DNA of 35,073 nucleotides from an uncultured Bacilli bacterium (GTDB taxonomy: Bacteria > Bacillota_I > Bacilli_A > RF39 > UBA660): positions 1 through 35,073 of the forward strand of contig CANRAJ010000003.1 in assembly GCA_947628545.1 (NCBI GenBank), given 5' to 3'. Made by a program: the position numbers and the translations under genes. How positions within the stretch are numbered: the stretch's first letter is position 1; each line of letters begins with the position of its first letter. Of this stretch, positions 17,473-28,107 are shown in pieces. The notes beneath the pieces are model-generated. The model worked only from the letters and a program-made list of their open reading frames with translations. It was not told where the DNA came from and made no database searches.

Positions 17473-19341
17473 ATGGAAAATATATTAACAGGTAAGCCAT
17501 CATTAGATAAACCATGGCTTAAATATTACGATGAAGAAGTATTAAATAAAAAATTACCTGAAAAAACTATATATGAATATATAGTAGATAATAATAAAAA
17601 GTTTCCAAATAGGGTTGCTTTAAATTATTTTGGTAGAAAAATTACATATGGTGAACTTATACAAAATATTGACCAAACCGCAAGAGCATTTAGAAAATAT
17701 GGAGTTAAAGAAGGTGAAATAGTAACTATTTCTATGCCTGCAATTCCAGAAGCTATATATATGTATTATGCATTAAGTAAAATTGGGGCTATTGCAAATA
17801 TGGTTGACCCAAGAACAAGTAAAGATGGTATAGAAGGTTATATTGCAGAAGCTAAATCAAAATTACTTTTTATAATTGATAGAGCAGCAGATAAAGTAAA
17901 AGACGTTAAGAAAAAAACGTCTGTTGAAAAAATAATAACGGTTTCACCAACCGATTCTTTGCCAATCGGTATAATGTTAAAAAAAGCAACTAAAGATATT
18001 AATAGCCAATATGAAGAAAGAAAAGAAAATGCTATTAAAGAAAATAAAAAAATTCCAAAAAAGAAGGATGTAATATTAGATTATTTTAAGGATATGAAAG
18101 AAAACGAAAGTGCTTTTGCTAAAAGTGGTGAATGCATTTCTTGGCCTAAGTTTTTTAAATCAGGAAAAGCACAAGATTATGAACCATATCCAAAGTATGA
18201 TAAGGATAAACCATTATTAATTGTTCATACTGGTGGAACAACGGGTCCATCAAAAGGTGTTGTACACACTAATTTTAGTGTTAACGCTGCATCATTTCAA
18301 TGCCAAAATGCAGGCTATGATTTCAAAAGAGAACATAATTGGTTAAATATAATGCCACCGTTTATAGCATATGGTATTGGTAATGGACTTCATTTACCAC
18401 TTGCGTGCGGAATGGAAGTTATATTAATTCCAGAGTTTAAAGCTGAAAAATTTGATGAATTATTATTAGAATATAAACCAAATCATATGGTTGGTGTACC
18501 ATCACATTACGGAAGCATTATTAATAGTAAAAAACTTGCTAAAGAAGATTTGTCATATATTATTGCGCCTACTGTTGGTGGTGATAAAATGGATAAAAAA
18601 TTAGAAAATAAAACAAACGAATTTTTAAAAAAGCATAATTGTGATTATAAAGTTGTTAAAGGTTATGGAATGACTGAGGTTAATGCTGCAGTTGCGGCTT
18701 GTACTTCAAATGACACTAACAAACTTGGTAGTGTAGGAATACCATTTCCTAATACGACTATATCTATTTTTGATCCAAAAACCAAAGAGGAATTAGGATA
18801 TAATAAGCAAGGTGAAGTTTGTATAACTGGTCCTAATACTATGCTAGGATATTTTAACAACGATGAAGAAACAAATAATATATTAAGAAAACATGAAGAT
18901 GGGTTAATGTGGATTCATTCGGGTGACTTAGGTTATATGGATCAAGATGGTAATTTATATGTTGTTGGTAGGTTAAAGGAAATGATAATAAGACCAGATG
19001 GATTTAAAGTTTATCCTAGTATGATAGAGGATGTCATTTTAAAACACAAGGATGTTTTAGAATGTAAAGTTGTTGGTGTAAGAGATATAAATTATTCACA
19101 AGGAAAGGTTCCAAAAGCTCATATTGTATTAAAAAGTGATAGTGTTGATACAAAAAAAGTTGAAGAAGAAATACTATTATTATGCAAAGAAAAATTGCCT
19201 GAATACTCACAACCAAGTGAAATAGAATTTAATGATAAATTACCACTTACATCAATTGGAAAAGTTGACTTCGTTAAACTAGAAAAAGACGATGAAGAAA
19301 AATTAAAATTAATATCATGTGTAAAGAAATTAAAAAGATAG
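17473..19341 (+). CDS. AMP-dependent acyl-CoA synthetase (cargo)
   Basis: HTGGTTGPSKG, GYGMTE, HSGDLG, LPLTSIGKVD. Confidence 0.92.
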   Translation: MENILTGKPSLDKPWLKYYDEEVLNKKLPEKTIYEYIVDNNKKFPNRVALNYFGRKITYGELIQNIDQTARAFRKYGVKEGEIVTISMPAIPEAIYMYYALSKIGAIANMVDPRTSKDGIEGYIAEAKSKLLFIIDRAADKVKDVKKKTSVEKIITVSPTDSLPIGIMLKKATKDINSQYEERKENAIKENKKIPKKKDVILDYFKDMKENESAFAKSGECISWPKFFKSGKAQDYEPYPKYDKDKPLLIVHTGGTTGPSKGVVHTNFSVNAASFQCQNAGYDFKREHNWLNIMPPFIAYGIGNGLHLPLACGMEVILIPEFKAEKFDELLLEYKPNHMVGVPSHYGSIINSKKLAKEDLSYIIAPTVGGDKMDKKLENKTNEFLKKHNCDYKVVKGYGMTEVNAAVAACTSNDTNKLGSVGIPFPNTTISIFDPKTKEELGYNKQGEVCITGPNTMLGYFNNDEETNNILRKHEDGLMWIHSGDLGYMDQDGNLYVVGRLKEMIIRPDGFKVYPSMIEDVILKHKDVLECKVVGVRDINYSQGKVPKAHIVLKSDSVDTKKVEEEILLLCKEKLPEYSQPSEIEFNDKLPLTSIGKVDFVKLEKDDEEKLKLISCVKKLKR

Positions 19342-19411
19342 AAAATAATTCCTATCTTTTTAATTTTTTAAAGTGTATAATTAATATAGATGTAGTAAAT
19401 AAATTTTAGGA

Positions 19412-21259
19412 GTGTTTTGTATGATAATAGGTATAACGGTTATTTGTTGTATGTTGCTTTTTAGTTTACTTGTAGGAACAATATATTTTTCAAAAGCAAA
19501 ACTTAAAAATACAGAAAATAAACTATATAGTAGGTTATTTATAATTACTTTTTTTGGACTAATAATTGAACTTTTATGTTTCTATTTTGTTTATAATAAG
19601 GATATATCAAGTATTTATAATATATTAAATGAATTTATAAATAGATTATTTTTAATTTATCTATTATTATGGGAATTTTTATTTACAGAATACATATTTT
19701 TTGTTTCTTTTGAAAGTAGATTAAAGTTTAAAGACAAATTAAAACATAATAGAAAAAGTATTTTAATTACTTTATCAATTATTTACATAATAATGGCTGC
19801 AATAATAATAAAATTACCTCTTAACTATTTTAATGATGGCAAATATATATATTCATATGGTACCGCAACAAATGTTTTATTATTAATGGGTGGTGTTTTT
19901 ATATTTATAGATATAATAAGTGTTTTATCTAATATAAAACGTGCTTCTAGCAAAAAATATTATCCATTATTTATGCTTGTTATAATGATGATTTTTGTTT
20001 TTGTAATTAGACAAATTAATCCTGGAATAACAATAATAAACTCTGTTTTTGCTTTTGTTACTATTTTTATGTATTTTACAATAGAAAATCCAGATTTAAA
20101 AGTAGTAAATGAATTATTAAGAAATAAAGAATTAGTAGAAAGACAAATGGAAGATAAATCAAGGTTTTTATTTGAAATATCACAAGATATTAAGACACCA
20201 ACAAAAAATATATTAGGGATTACTAAAAACTTTGATAAATTAGATAACGATATTGATAAAAAAGATGCGGTAAGATTAATTTCAAGTAATGCTAATGATT
20301 TACTATTTAAATTAAATAACGTACTAGATATATCATCTATGGATGCAAGTAAGATTAAAATAAAAGAAGAATATTATGATACGACTATGTTCTTTAAAAC
20401 GATTGAAAGCATGGTGCAAAATGCAATTGGAAATAAGAATATAAAATTAAAATTTGAAGTAAACAGTAACGTTCCAGAAAAACTTAATGGAGATGATGTA
20501 AAACTTAAACAAATTTTAATGTCAGTATTATTAAATAGTATTGAAAATACCGAAAATGGTTTTATAAGCGTAAACATAGGTAGTATAGTAAGGTATGATG
20601 TTGCAAGATTAGTTATAAAAATAGAAGATTCAGGAGTTGGAATGAGTCTTGATAAAATAAATAGTATATTAGACGATAATATGGAATTAACTTTAGATGA
20701 GACAAATAAACTTAATAAACTAGATATGGACTTAAAAGCAACCATTAAAGTAATAAAGTTACTTGGTGGAAGTATTAATATTAAGAGCAAAAAAGATGAA
20801 GGAACAACATTTATGATAGTATTAGATCAAAAATGTGACATTGAACAATCATCTAACTTTATGAAAAACGTAGAAAAATACTCATCTGATATATTTGGTA
20901 GAAAAAGAGTTTTATTAGTTAATGATGATAAGGAAGAAAATTTTAAGATATCAAATATTTTAGGAGAATATAACATTGATTTAAACGTATCAATGACAGG
21001 TAAAGATTGTATTGATAGGATTAATAATGGTGAGTTTTACAATCTAATAATAATAGACGATGAGCTAGGTGAAACATCTGCATTACAAACATTAAATGAA
21101 TTAAATAAAAATAATAAATTTAAAATACCAGTAATTGTTATGTTAAAAAAAGATAAAGAACATTTTAGAAAATATTATGTAGAAGATGGATTTAAGGATG
21201 TAGTTTTAAAAAGTGATCTAGTTAATGAATTAGAGATCATTATAAATAAATACATATAA
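19412..21259 (+). CDS. Membrane hybrid sensor-kinase/receiver-like protein, apparently catalytically degenerate
   Basis: ~7 TM, TIENPD, EISQDIKTP (His->Gln), DSGVGM, no G2 box, C-terminal receiver-like domain. Confidence 0.8.
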   Translation: MFCMIIGITVICCMLLFSLLVGTIYFSKAKLKNTENKLYSRLFIITFFGLIIELLCFYFVYNKDISSIYNILNEFINRLFLIYLLLWEFLFTEYIFFVSFESRLKFKDKLKHNRKSILITLSIIYIIMAAIIIKLPLNYFNDGKYIYSYGTATNVLLLMGGVFIFIDIISVLSNIKRASSKKYYPLFMLVIMMIFVFVIRQINPGITIINSVFAFVTIFMYFTIENPDLKVVNELLRNKELVERQMEDKSRFLFEISQDIKTPTKNILGITKNFDKLDNDIDKKDAVRLISSNANDLLFKLNNVLDISSMDASKIKIKEEYYDTTMFFKTIESMVQNAIGNKNIKLKFEVNSNVPEKLNGDDVKLKQILMSVLLNSIENTENGFISVNIGSIVRYDVARLVIKIEDSGVGMSLDKINSILDDNMELTLDETNKLNKLDMDLKATIKVIKLLGGSINIKSKKDEGTTFMIVLDQKCDIEQSSNFMKNVEKYSSDIFGRKRVLLVNDDKEENFKISNILGEYNIDLNVSMTGKDCIDRINNGEFYNLIIIDDELGETSALQTLNELNKNNKFKIPVIVMLKKDKEHFRKYYVEDGFKDVVLKSDLVNELEIIINKYI

Positions 21260-21339
21260 TTTATCTAAAGACTGAAAAATAGAGTGATAGAAATCATTAT
21301 AATGTAATAAGTTATCAGTCTTATAGATTTTAAAAAAGA

Positions 21340-21365
21340 AAAAAAGTAGCCGAAGCTACTTTTTT
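21340..21365. terminator. Bidirectional terminator between convergent genes
   Basis: A6-gtagc-cgaa-gctac-T6. Confidence 0.8.
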
Positions 21366-21384
21366 GCATAATTAATATACTTTG

Positions 21385-21621
21385 TTATCTTTTATATTCC
21401 ACAATATCCGTTATATCACACTTTAAATAATTACATATTCTTGCAAGAACAAGTATATCAATACGAAGAATATCACCAGTCATTAATCTTTTTATAACTT
21501 TATAATCAGTATTAGTATCACGCATTAACTTATTAATGCTAATGTTCTTATCATAAAGTAATTGTTCTAACTTAAATAAATAATAACCATTATCAACTTT
21601 TATCTTCTTAACTTTATTCAT
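21385..21621 (-). CDS. Cro/C1-type HTH regulator
   Basis: KLEQLL...ISINKL...LARICNYLKCDITDIVEY. Confidence 0.85.
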   Translation of the reverse strand: MNKVKKIKVDNGYYLFKLEQLLYDKNISINKLMRDTNTDYKVIKRLMTGDILRIDILVLARICNYLKCDITDIVEYKR

Positions 21622-21719
21622 AGACTCTATACCTTTCTATAAATAATATTAGCAATATGTATAGTTCATTGACTATTGGTTATATAACCTATATAATTGT
21701 GATATAGAAAGGGTAGAAC

Positions 21720-21962
21720 ATGAAGAAAGATAGTACGTTATTGAAACTTATAGATTTAGAATTACAACATCTAGAAAATAATTCTGATAAAATGTTAGAG
21801 TTCTATAAAGAGGATATTAATTTTTACAATATGTTAATAGATAATTTAAAAGCAAATAAACCTTATTTTTGGCAAAAAAAGAAATTAGAAGAATATAAAA
21901 AGCAATTAAATGAATATAACGATAAAATTACCGATTTATACAAGGTTATAGAAAAAATGTAA
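21720..21962 (+). CDS. Hypothetical coiled-coil protein, divergent from the HTH gene
   Basis: GAAAGGGT SD; 80 aa. Confidence 0.6.
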   Translation: MKKDSTLLKLIDLELQHLENNSDKMLEFYKEDINFYNMLIDNLKANKPYFWQKKKLEEYKKQLNEYNDKITDLYKVIEKM

Positions 21963-22001
21963 TTTGTGTTTAATTATATTAAATAGATGAGGATTTAAAT
22001 T

Positions 22002-22094
22002 ATGAGGTGGTTACTATGTATATTGATATTAATAGTTTTAGTAATAGTTCTAACTGGATGTGCTTATTTTGAAGGTAGAGTTATAAACAAATAA
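22002..22094 (+). CDS. 30-aa mini-lipoprotein or lipoprotein gene remnant
   Basis: GAGGA SD; MRWLLCILILIVLVIVLTGCAYFEGRVINK with LTGC lipobox. Confidence 0.5.
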   Translation: MRWLLCILILIVLVIVLTGCAYFEGRVINK

Positions 22095-22268
22095 TTAGAT
22101 TTTGATTTATATTTAGCAGAACGTAAGATTATAATGTATGTTTATGAGAAAGGAAATAAGATGCCTAAAAGTAGGATAGTAAAATTTATTATAAGACCTA
22201 CAAATAAGATTGATTTAAGGAACTATTTTGATAAAAATAGGAGCATTTTTGCAAGTGTAAAAATGAAA

Positions 22269-22321
22269 TTCCGGAATAAAGTTTGTTATAATATAAGCAA
22301 ATATTATACTTTGTTCCGGAA
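22269..22321. repeat. 14-bp inverted repeat (13/14)
   Basis: ttccggaataaagt / actttgttccggaa. Confidence 0.7.
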
Positions 22322-22685
22322 CGCTCTTATGCTCCTTTTGAATAATTATGGAAATAAAGCTTATTATTTAGCTTTTTTATTAATCAAAAAATATAATGTC
22401 CATTTATTAAATATTCAATAATATCCCTATGTACTATATAAGAAACGTTTTTAATATCGCTACCAAAAATACATTTTTATAAAGAGTTCAAATTCACACC
22501 TATTTAAAAATTTCATACAATTATTCCCCCCCTTTTTCGAGTTGTATATAATAAACAATATTATTGAAGAAATATGTCGAATAATGTAATAATAAATGTT
22601 ATAATGTAATTATTAAGAAAATGTTATTAATTATTATAGTAATGTTACTATAATAATTAATATCAATTTGAAAGTGTGGTGCAAA

Positions 22686-23216
22686 ATGAAAAAAATTAAA
22701 ATAATATATATAGTTATCATTCTTTTGGTTTCTTTAACTGGATGTGCGTATAACAATGAAATGAAAATATCCTATAAAGATGATGCTGAAAATGAATTTA
22801 GTAGTAATTATACATATAAATTTGTAGGTCAATCAGAACATTTTTATTTCGAAACTGGTAAAGTTTATTATAATGGTAATGAAAGAGAATTGTTAATTAG
22901 TAACTTTAACTTAAAAGAAAAAATGGATTCAGATACTAAATATTTAATAAATTTATATTTTAATGATATTTTATTGGATGGCAATATAAATGGGAAAGCT
23001 AATTTAGATGAAAATAATTATAAAAAAACTTTATTTGGTGAACATGGATATTTAGGTGAAAAAGATAAAAACGGAAATATTATTGGTGAATCTGATTCAT
23101 TTCTTGAAACAACAAAAGATACTTTTAAAAGTAGTATTAAATTAGAAATTATATATTGTTTAAAAAATGAATGTAATACAGAAGAGATGAAAATAAAAAT
23201 AATGGAGGAAAAATAA
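22686..23216 (+). CDS. Lipoprotein
   Basis: MKKIKIIYIVIILLVSLTGC lipobox. Confidence 0.8.
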   Translation: MKKIKIIYIVIILLVSLTGCAYNNEMKISYKDDAENEFSSNYTYKFVGQSEHFYFETGKVYYNGNERELLISNFNLKEKMDSDTKYLINLYFNDILLDGNINGKANLDENNYKKTLFGEHGYLGEKDKNGNIIGESDSFLETTKDTFKSSIKLEIIYCLKNECNTEEMKIKIMEEK

Positions 23217-24022
23217 TGCGAAAGAAAGTAATCATTATAATAAGTATAATTATTCTTACTTCTATTTTATTGTTTTTCGTTTCACAAATTTTACCTTTGG
23301 GATACTATAAAGAACAAATAATTTATGATACAACTAATGGTAGCCAAACAATAGAATTAGGTATTCCTAAATTATCATTTATGAAAAAAGAAAATGATAA
23401 GAGTTATTCATATAAAAACGTTAGAGGTAACAAAGTTTTAACTAAAGAAGTTAAAGAATTTTTAAACACATTAGAACCAATAGAATGTAATGATACAACG
23501 TATTACTATAACAGTGAAAATGATTTTACTATAATCGATTATTCGGTAAAAAATCATTATATATATAACACCATATCATATAGAGTTGTTGATGGGGATT
23601 ATTGTTATAATAATAAATTAGGTGAATATTCTAAAAAATTAGGTGGAATAAAAAGATATCATACTTTAAATGGTGGTACAATTTCGTTATATGAAAATTG
23701 GGATACTAAATTAGAAGTTTTATTTTTAGATGAAGTTAAAGATGACTCTAGCAGTAAATATGATTTTAGAGCAACTTTAAAAGTGCGACTTTATGAAAGA
23801 GTAACTGATAAATCATATAATACAATTACTTTGGAAGAATCTATAGGTGATATAGATATAAAAGATAATAAGCTATATTTTTATAGGAAAGATATAAAGC
23901 AAGATGATAATGTTAATTTAGAAATTCCTAAAGAGTCAGTCTTTGAAATAAAAGACGAAAAGTTAATTTTAATAGATAATTACTTAAGAGACTATTATTC
24001 AGATGAAATAATATTAAAATAA
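23216..24022 (+). CDS. Membrane-anchored/secreted hypothetical protein
   Basis: N-terminal hydrophobic helix; coupled to the lipoprotein gene. Confidence 0.7.
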   Translation: MRKKVIIIISIIILTSILLFFVSQILPLGYYKEQIIYDTTNGSQTIELGIPKLSFMKKENDKSYSYKNVRGNKVLTKEVKEFLNTLEPIECNDTTYYYNSENDFTIIDYSVKNHYIYNTISYRVVDGDYCYNNKLGEYSKKLGGIKRYHTLNGGTISLYENWDTKLEVLFLDEVKDDSSSKYDFRATLKVRLYERVTDKSYNTITLEESIGDIDIKDNKLYFYRKDIKQDDNVNLEIPKESVFEIKDEKLILIDNYLRDYYSDEIILK

Positions 24023-24039
24023 TTTAAAGTATAATTTTT

Positions 24040-24065
24040 GAGCAGAAAAATAATCTGCTCTTTTT
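24040..24065 (+). terminator. Intrinsic terminator
   Basis: gagcaga...tctgctc followed by T5. Confidence 0.7.
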
Positions 24066-24093
24066 ATTTTGTAAAAAAGGAGAGTGTTAATAA

Positions 24094-24276
24094 TTGAAAA
24101 AAAGATTTGATTTATATATTCCTATGGAATTATATGAAAGAATAGAATTAATGTCTAAAAATTATAGATTAAGTATAACTCAAATGATAATAAGATTATT
24201 AGAGTTTGGTTATTTAGATTTTTATAAACAAGATTATAAGGAGGAAAATCAACATGAAAATAAGAATATTTACTGA
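24094..24276 (+). CDS. Small RHH DNA-binding protein
   Basis: KRFDLYIPMELYERIE...LSITQMIIRLLE; AAGGAG SD. Confidence 0.7.
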   Translation: MKKRFDLYIPMELYERIELMSKNYRLSITQMIIRLLEFGYLDFYKQDYKEENQHENKNIY

Positions 24277-24649
24277 TGAAGAAATAAAAAAAATAGAAGA
24301 AAATGTATTTGTTATTAAAGTACAATATAGCAGAGCCATTATTTATGATCCTGCTTTTAAATTATGGTCTATAATGATGAGATTATACCATCCTGAATTA
24401 TCAGCAAAAGAAATATTTAAAGCAGGTGGATTTGATACTAATATATTAAATATTAGAACTCCACAAGAAAGAATTAGAGAATGGATGATTAATTATAAAA
24501 AGTATGGAACAAGTTATTTTTTGCCAGAAAATAAAGAGTATTTTACGCTACCTAAAACATTAGAAAAGTATAAGACTTATAATTATGATAGAAATCAATT
24601 TATTGAATCTGTAATAAGGTTATTAAATCAATATGACAAAAATAGATAA
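24254..24649 (+). CDS. Hypothetical HTH-like protein
   Basis: FTDEEIKKIEEN..V..V....I.YDPAFK...AKEIFKAGGFD. Confidence 0.6.
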   Translation: MKIRIFTDEEIKKIEENVFVIKVQYSRAIIYDPAFKLWSIMMRLYHPELSAKEIFKAGGFDTNILNIRTPQERIREWMINYKKYGTSYFLPENKEYFTLPKTLEKYKTYNYDRNQFIESVIRLLNQYDKNR

Positions 24650-24953
24650 GCATATATATTTAACTAACGAACAATACGTTTTAATTAATAATTATTGTAG
24701 AGATAAAAATATTACGTTTTCAAAAGCAATTTCAGAAATGATTGAAAAAGCTTTTGTCTATGATAATTATATTAATAAATTGGATTCTATACAAAATGAT
24801 AATAAGTTTATTGCAAGAAAGTTAAGTGCTTTATATTTTTTGGTCGAGCAAATGTATTCTGATTTTGATTTTTCTAATATTACTGATGTTACCAAATCAA
24901 AAGCATTAAAGGAATTTAATAATAAGCTTCGAAAAGGAAAATTAAATGACTAA
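24633..24953 (+). CDS. RHH relaxosome accessory-like protein
   Basis: KHIYLT...ITFSKAISEMIE, immediately upstream of the relaxase. Confidence 0.6.
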   Translation: MTKIDKHIYLTNEQYVLINNYCRDKNITFSKAISEMIEKAFVYDNYINKLDSIQNDNKFIARKLSALYFLVEQMYSDFDFSNITDVTKSKALKEFNNKLRKGKLND

Positions 24954-26208
24954 ATCACCGAACGTAGTTTTTAATAGTTTATTTACTCTAGGTTTTAATA
25001 ATCCTGATAATATTTATACTAATAGAGAAAAAACTATTAAAAGAGTTGTAGATATGTATAAATACTATACAAACGAAAGCAAAAGAGCAATGTCTATGTA
25101 TGATTATTATACTGGTAAATTAACAAAAGAAAAAACAATGAACTTGGTTTTGGAAAATGGTAAATATGCAACTGAAAAAGAAGTAGAAAAAAGAAAACAA
25201 CAGGCTGTTAAGTATTTGGAAAATTCTAATTTGTGGCAAGGGGTTATATCATTTAATAATGACTATATAAATAAAAATATTAACGTTCATAGATTAGAAC
25301 ATGAATTAGCAACAAAAATATTGCCAATGTTTTTTAAGAAATGTGGATTTAAGGATAGTAAAAAAATGTTTTATCAGCTATCGCTTCATACTGATACAGA
25401 TAATTTGCATTTTCATTTTTCATTTATGGAAAAAGAAGCTAATTATGTAAACTCTAAAGGGAAATTAAACTATCGGTATAAAGGGGAGTTATCTGATAAA
25501 GAAATGAACTTTTTAAAAAATCAGATAGTACATACTATAGAAAAAGAAAATATATACTCTAATAAAATAAAAGAAGTAAATGATGAACTCGATGATTTAA
25601 AAAAATATTTTAATCCAGATGAAAAAAACTTTTTGTTATGTGATAAAAAGTCTTTAATTTTAGAATCTAAAATTTTTGATCTTGGTAAAAGATTGGATGA
25701 ATTAGGGAAAGTAAAGGATGGTAAAATTTACTATAATTCAATAAAAGATAAAAAAACTAAAGAATTAGTGTCTGAAATAAAAAATTATTTATTTTCAAAG
25801 AGTAATGGTGAATTTAAGAAAGAATATAAAAAATTTAAGAATACCTTAAAAGATATTAATAAACATTTTGAAAGTATTAATAGAAATAATAATATTAATA
25901 CTGATGAGGTAGATAAAACGCTAGTAGATGCTAAAGAAAAAAGACTAGATAATTATATAAATAATGCCATAGTTAATTATTCAAAAAAGAAATTAACAGA
26001 AAATGATTTTTTAAAAATTCTTGTTCATCAAACATACAACAAAGGAAAGTTATGTAATAAGAAACAAGTATTGAAAAATTATCTATCTAAATCTAATATT
26101 CCATTTAATAATAAGTATGAAATAGAAAAATCTATTAAAGATATAAATTATGAACTTGAAAAATCAGCGGAAGAATTTAGTAAGTTATTTGAAAGTGATA
26201 TTGAGTGA
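24946..26208 (+). CDS. Relaxase (MobL/MobP2-like)
   Basis: MYDYYTG, LWQGVISF, HTDTDNLHFHF (HUH). Confidence 0.85.
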   Translation: MTKSPNVVFNSLFTLGFNNPDNIYTNREKTIKRVVDMYKYYTNESKRAMSMYDYYTGKLTKEKTMNLVLENGKYATEKEVEKRKQQAVKYLENSNLWQGVISFNNDYINKNINVHRLEHELATKILPMFFKKCGFKDSKKMFYQLSLHTDTDNLHFHFSFMEKEANYVNSKGKLNYRYKGELSDKEMNFLKNQIVHTIEKENIYSNKIKEVNDELDDLKKYFNPDEKNFLLCDKKSLILESKIFDLGKRLDELGKVKDGKIYYNSIKDKKTKELVSEIKNYLFSKSNGEFKKEYKKFKNTLKDINKHFESINRNNNINTDEVDKTLVDAKEKRLDNYINNAIVNYSKKKLTENDFLKILVHQTYNKGKLCNKKQVLKNYLSKSNIPFNNKYEIEKSIKDINYELEKSAEEFSKLFESDIE

Positions 26209-28091
26209 TTTTAATATTAATATTGATAGTATTTGTATTTTTCCTATTTTTTATTGAACTCATGTTAACACAAAATAAACTTACTAATAATAATGAGCAT
26301 GGATCAGCTAGATTTTCTACTAAAAAGGAAATAAAGAAAAATTTTAAAAAAAATAGAATTGATAATATAGATAAACCTGGATTTCCTATATATTTTTCAA
26401 AAGATTTAAATGTAGTTTACTTTGATAATGAAACACCTCATTGGTGTTTTTTAGGTTCTACTGGTTCAGGAAAAACAGTGACAGCTATGATTCCAGAGTG
26501 TACTTTTATAGCAACAGCAAAGGAAAAAAGAAGCGTTTGTATTACTGACCCTAAAGGGGAGATATTTCAAAGTACAAGTAAGATGTTTGATGATAATGGA
26601 TATAAAGTATATACAATAGATTTTAGACATCCAGAATTATCAAATCATATTAATATACTAGAACCCATAATTAATGAATATGAAAAATACATTAATTATA
26701 AAAAATTATCTTCTAGCGATATAAGATATGCCAATTTATCAAGGCAACATTATGCAGAAGCTAATAGACTTATTAATTCTATTTCTTCAATGATTATAGG
26801 AAGATCAAATAAAGAGAAAGATCCTTTTTGGAATAATAGTGCTAAAAATCTTCTATCTGGTTTAATTTCCTTTTTTTTAGAAGAATATGAAAAAGGGAAT
26901 ATTAAAAGAGAGCAAATAACAATAGTTGGTATTAAGAAATTTCAAAATTCTATTATGATAGAGAAAAACTTAGGAATTTTTAAAAATATTATAGAAGAAA
27001 AAGAATATGGTTATAAATCAAAAGATAATTTATTGTCTATATTGTCTGCTAGTGAAAATACATATAAATCAATAACATCGGTTTTTGGTGAAAAAATGGC
27101 TATTTTTGATGATGTTAACGTTGAAGTTATAACGTCAAATTCTGATTTTAGTTTTGATGATTTTGGTAATGTTCCGGTGGCTCTTTATTTAATAATTCCT
27201 GATGAAGATAAAACCTATTATTCATTAATAACAGTAATAATTGGATTGTTATATAAAGAATTAGTTAAGCTTGCTAATTTAAATGAGAATAAATGTTTAA
27301 ATGTAAAAATGGAATGGTTATTAGATGAATTTGCAAATTGTCCACCATTTATGGATATAGAATCAATGGTATCTGTTGGTAGAAGTAGAGGTATGAGATT
27401 CTTTTTCTTTATCCAATCATTTTCACAACTGAATAATGTTTATGGTAAAGAAGTTGCTCGAATTATTTTAGATAATTGTGGATTGGTTTATTTAAAAACA
27501 AACACACAAGAAACTGCTGATGAGGTTTCTAAAAGGTTAGGTAAAAAGACTATCGAATCTAAATCAATTAGCCAATCAGTTAGTCTAATACAAAAAGATG
27601 GAAACAAATCATTATCTTTAATTGCTAGGGAGCTTATGACAGCTGACGAAATAAAAAGACTATATCATAAGACTATTATATTCCCAATAATTGGACATCC
27701 AATTATAAGAAATACTATTTTATATAATAAGTTTAATTGTTATGAACCTGGTGTAATAACAAGAATTGAAAAAGTGAAAAATAAGAATTTTAATGATTAT
27801 TTTACTATTGAAAAAATAAATAAAATTCCTAATAATCCATATCAAAGTGATTTCAAAAGTAATGATATAAAAATATTAAATACTATATTAAAAGATATAG
27901 AAAATATTTTTTCTTCTGATATACATAGTTGTAATTACGAGATGGCAAATGAAAGGACTTATTTAAAATTATCTTTTGAAAAGGACATAAGAAAAGCAAA
28001 TGTTGTTAGTTTTAGAAATTATTTGAAAGATAAACCTTTATTATTAATTGAAAAAGAAAAAGAACTGGAAGTTCATATAAAAAATATTTAA
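26205..28091 (+). CDS. VirD4/TraG-like type IV coupling protein
   Basis: EHGSARF, GSTGSGKT, TDPKGE, DPFW, LLDEFAN, GRSRG, ARELMTADEI. Confidence 0.93.
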   Translation: MILILILIVFVFFLFFIELMLTQNKLTNNNEHGSARFSTKKEIKKNFKKNRIDNIDKPGFPIYFSKDLNVVYFDNETPHWCFLGSTGSGKTVTAMIPECTFIATAKEKRSVCITDPKGEIFQSTSKMFDDNGYKVYTIDFRHPELSNHINILEPIINEYEKYINYKKLSSSDIRYANLSRQHYAEANRLINSISSMIIGRSNKEKDPFWNNSAKNLLSGLISFFLEEYEKGNIKREQITIVGIKKFQNSIMIEKNLGIFKNIIEEKEYGYKSKDNLLSILSASENTYKSITSVFGEKMAIFDDVNVEVITSNSDFSFDDFGNVPVALYLIIPDEDKTYYSLITVIIGLLYKELVKLANLNENKCLNVKMEWLLDEFANCPPFMDIESMVSVGRSRGMRFFFFIQSFSQLNNVYGKEVARIILDNCGLVYLKTNTQETADEVSKRLGKKTIESKSISQSVSLIQKDGNKSLSLIARELMTADEIKRLYHKTIIFPIIGHPIIRNTILYNKFNCYEPGVITRIEKVKNKNFNDYFTIEKINKIPNNPYQSDFKSNDIKILNTILKDIENIFSSDIHSCNYEMANERTYLKLSFEKDIRKANVVSFRNYLKDKPLLLIEKEKELEVHIKNI

Positions 28092-28107
28092 AAAGGAGCT
28101 GATACAA

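Noticed and set aside
22134-22421. 95-aa ORF
   Set aside because: No SD, runs through an inverted repeat, no recognisable features
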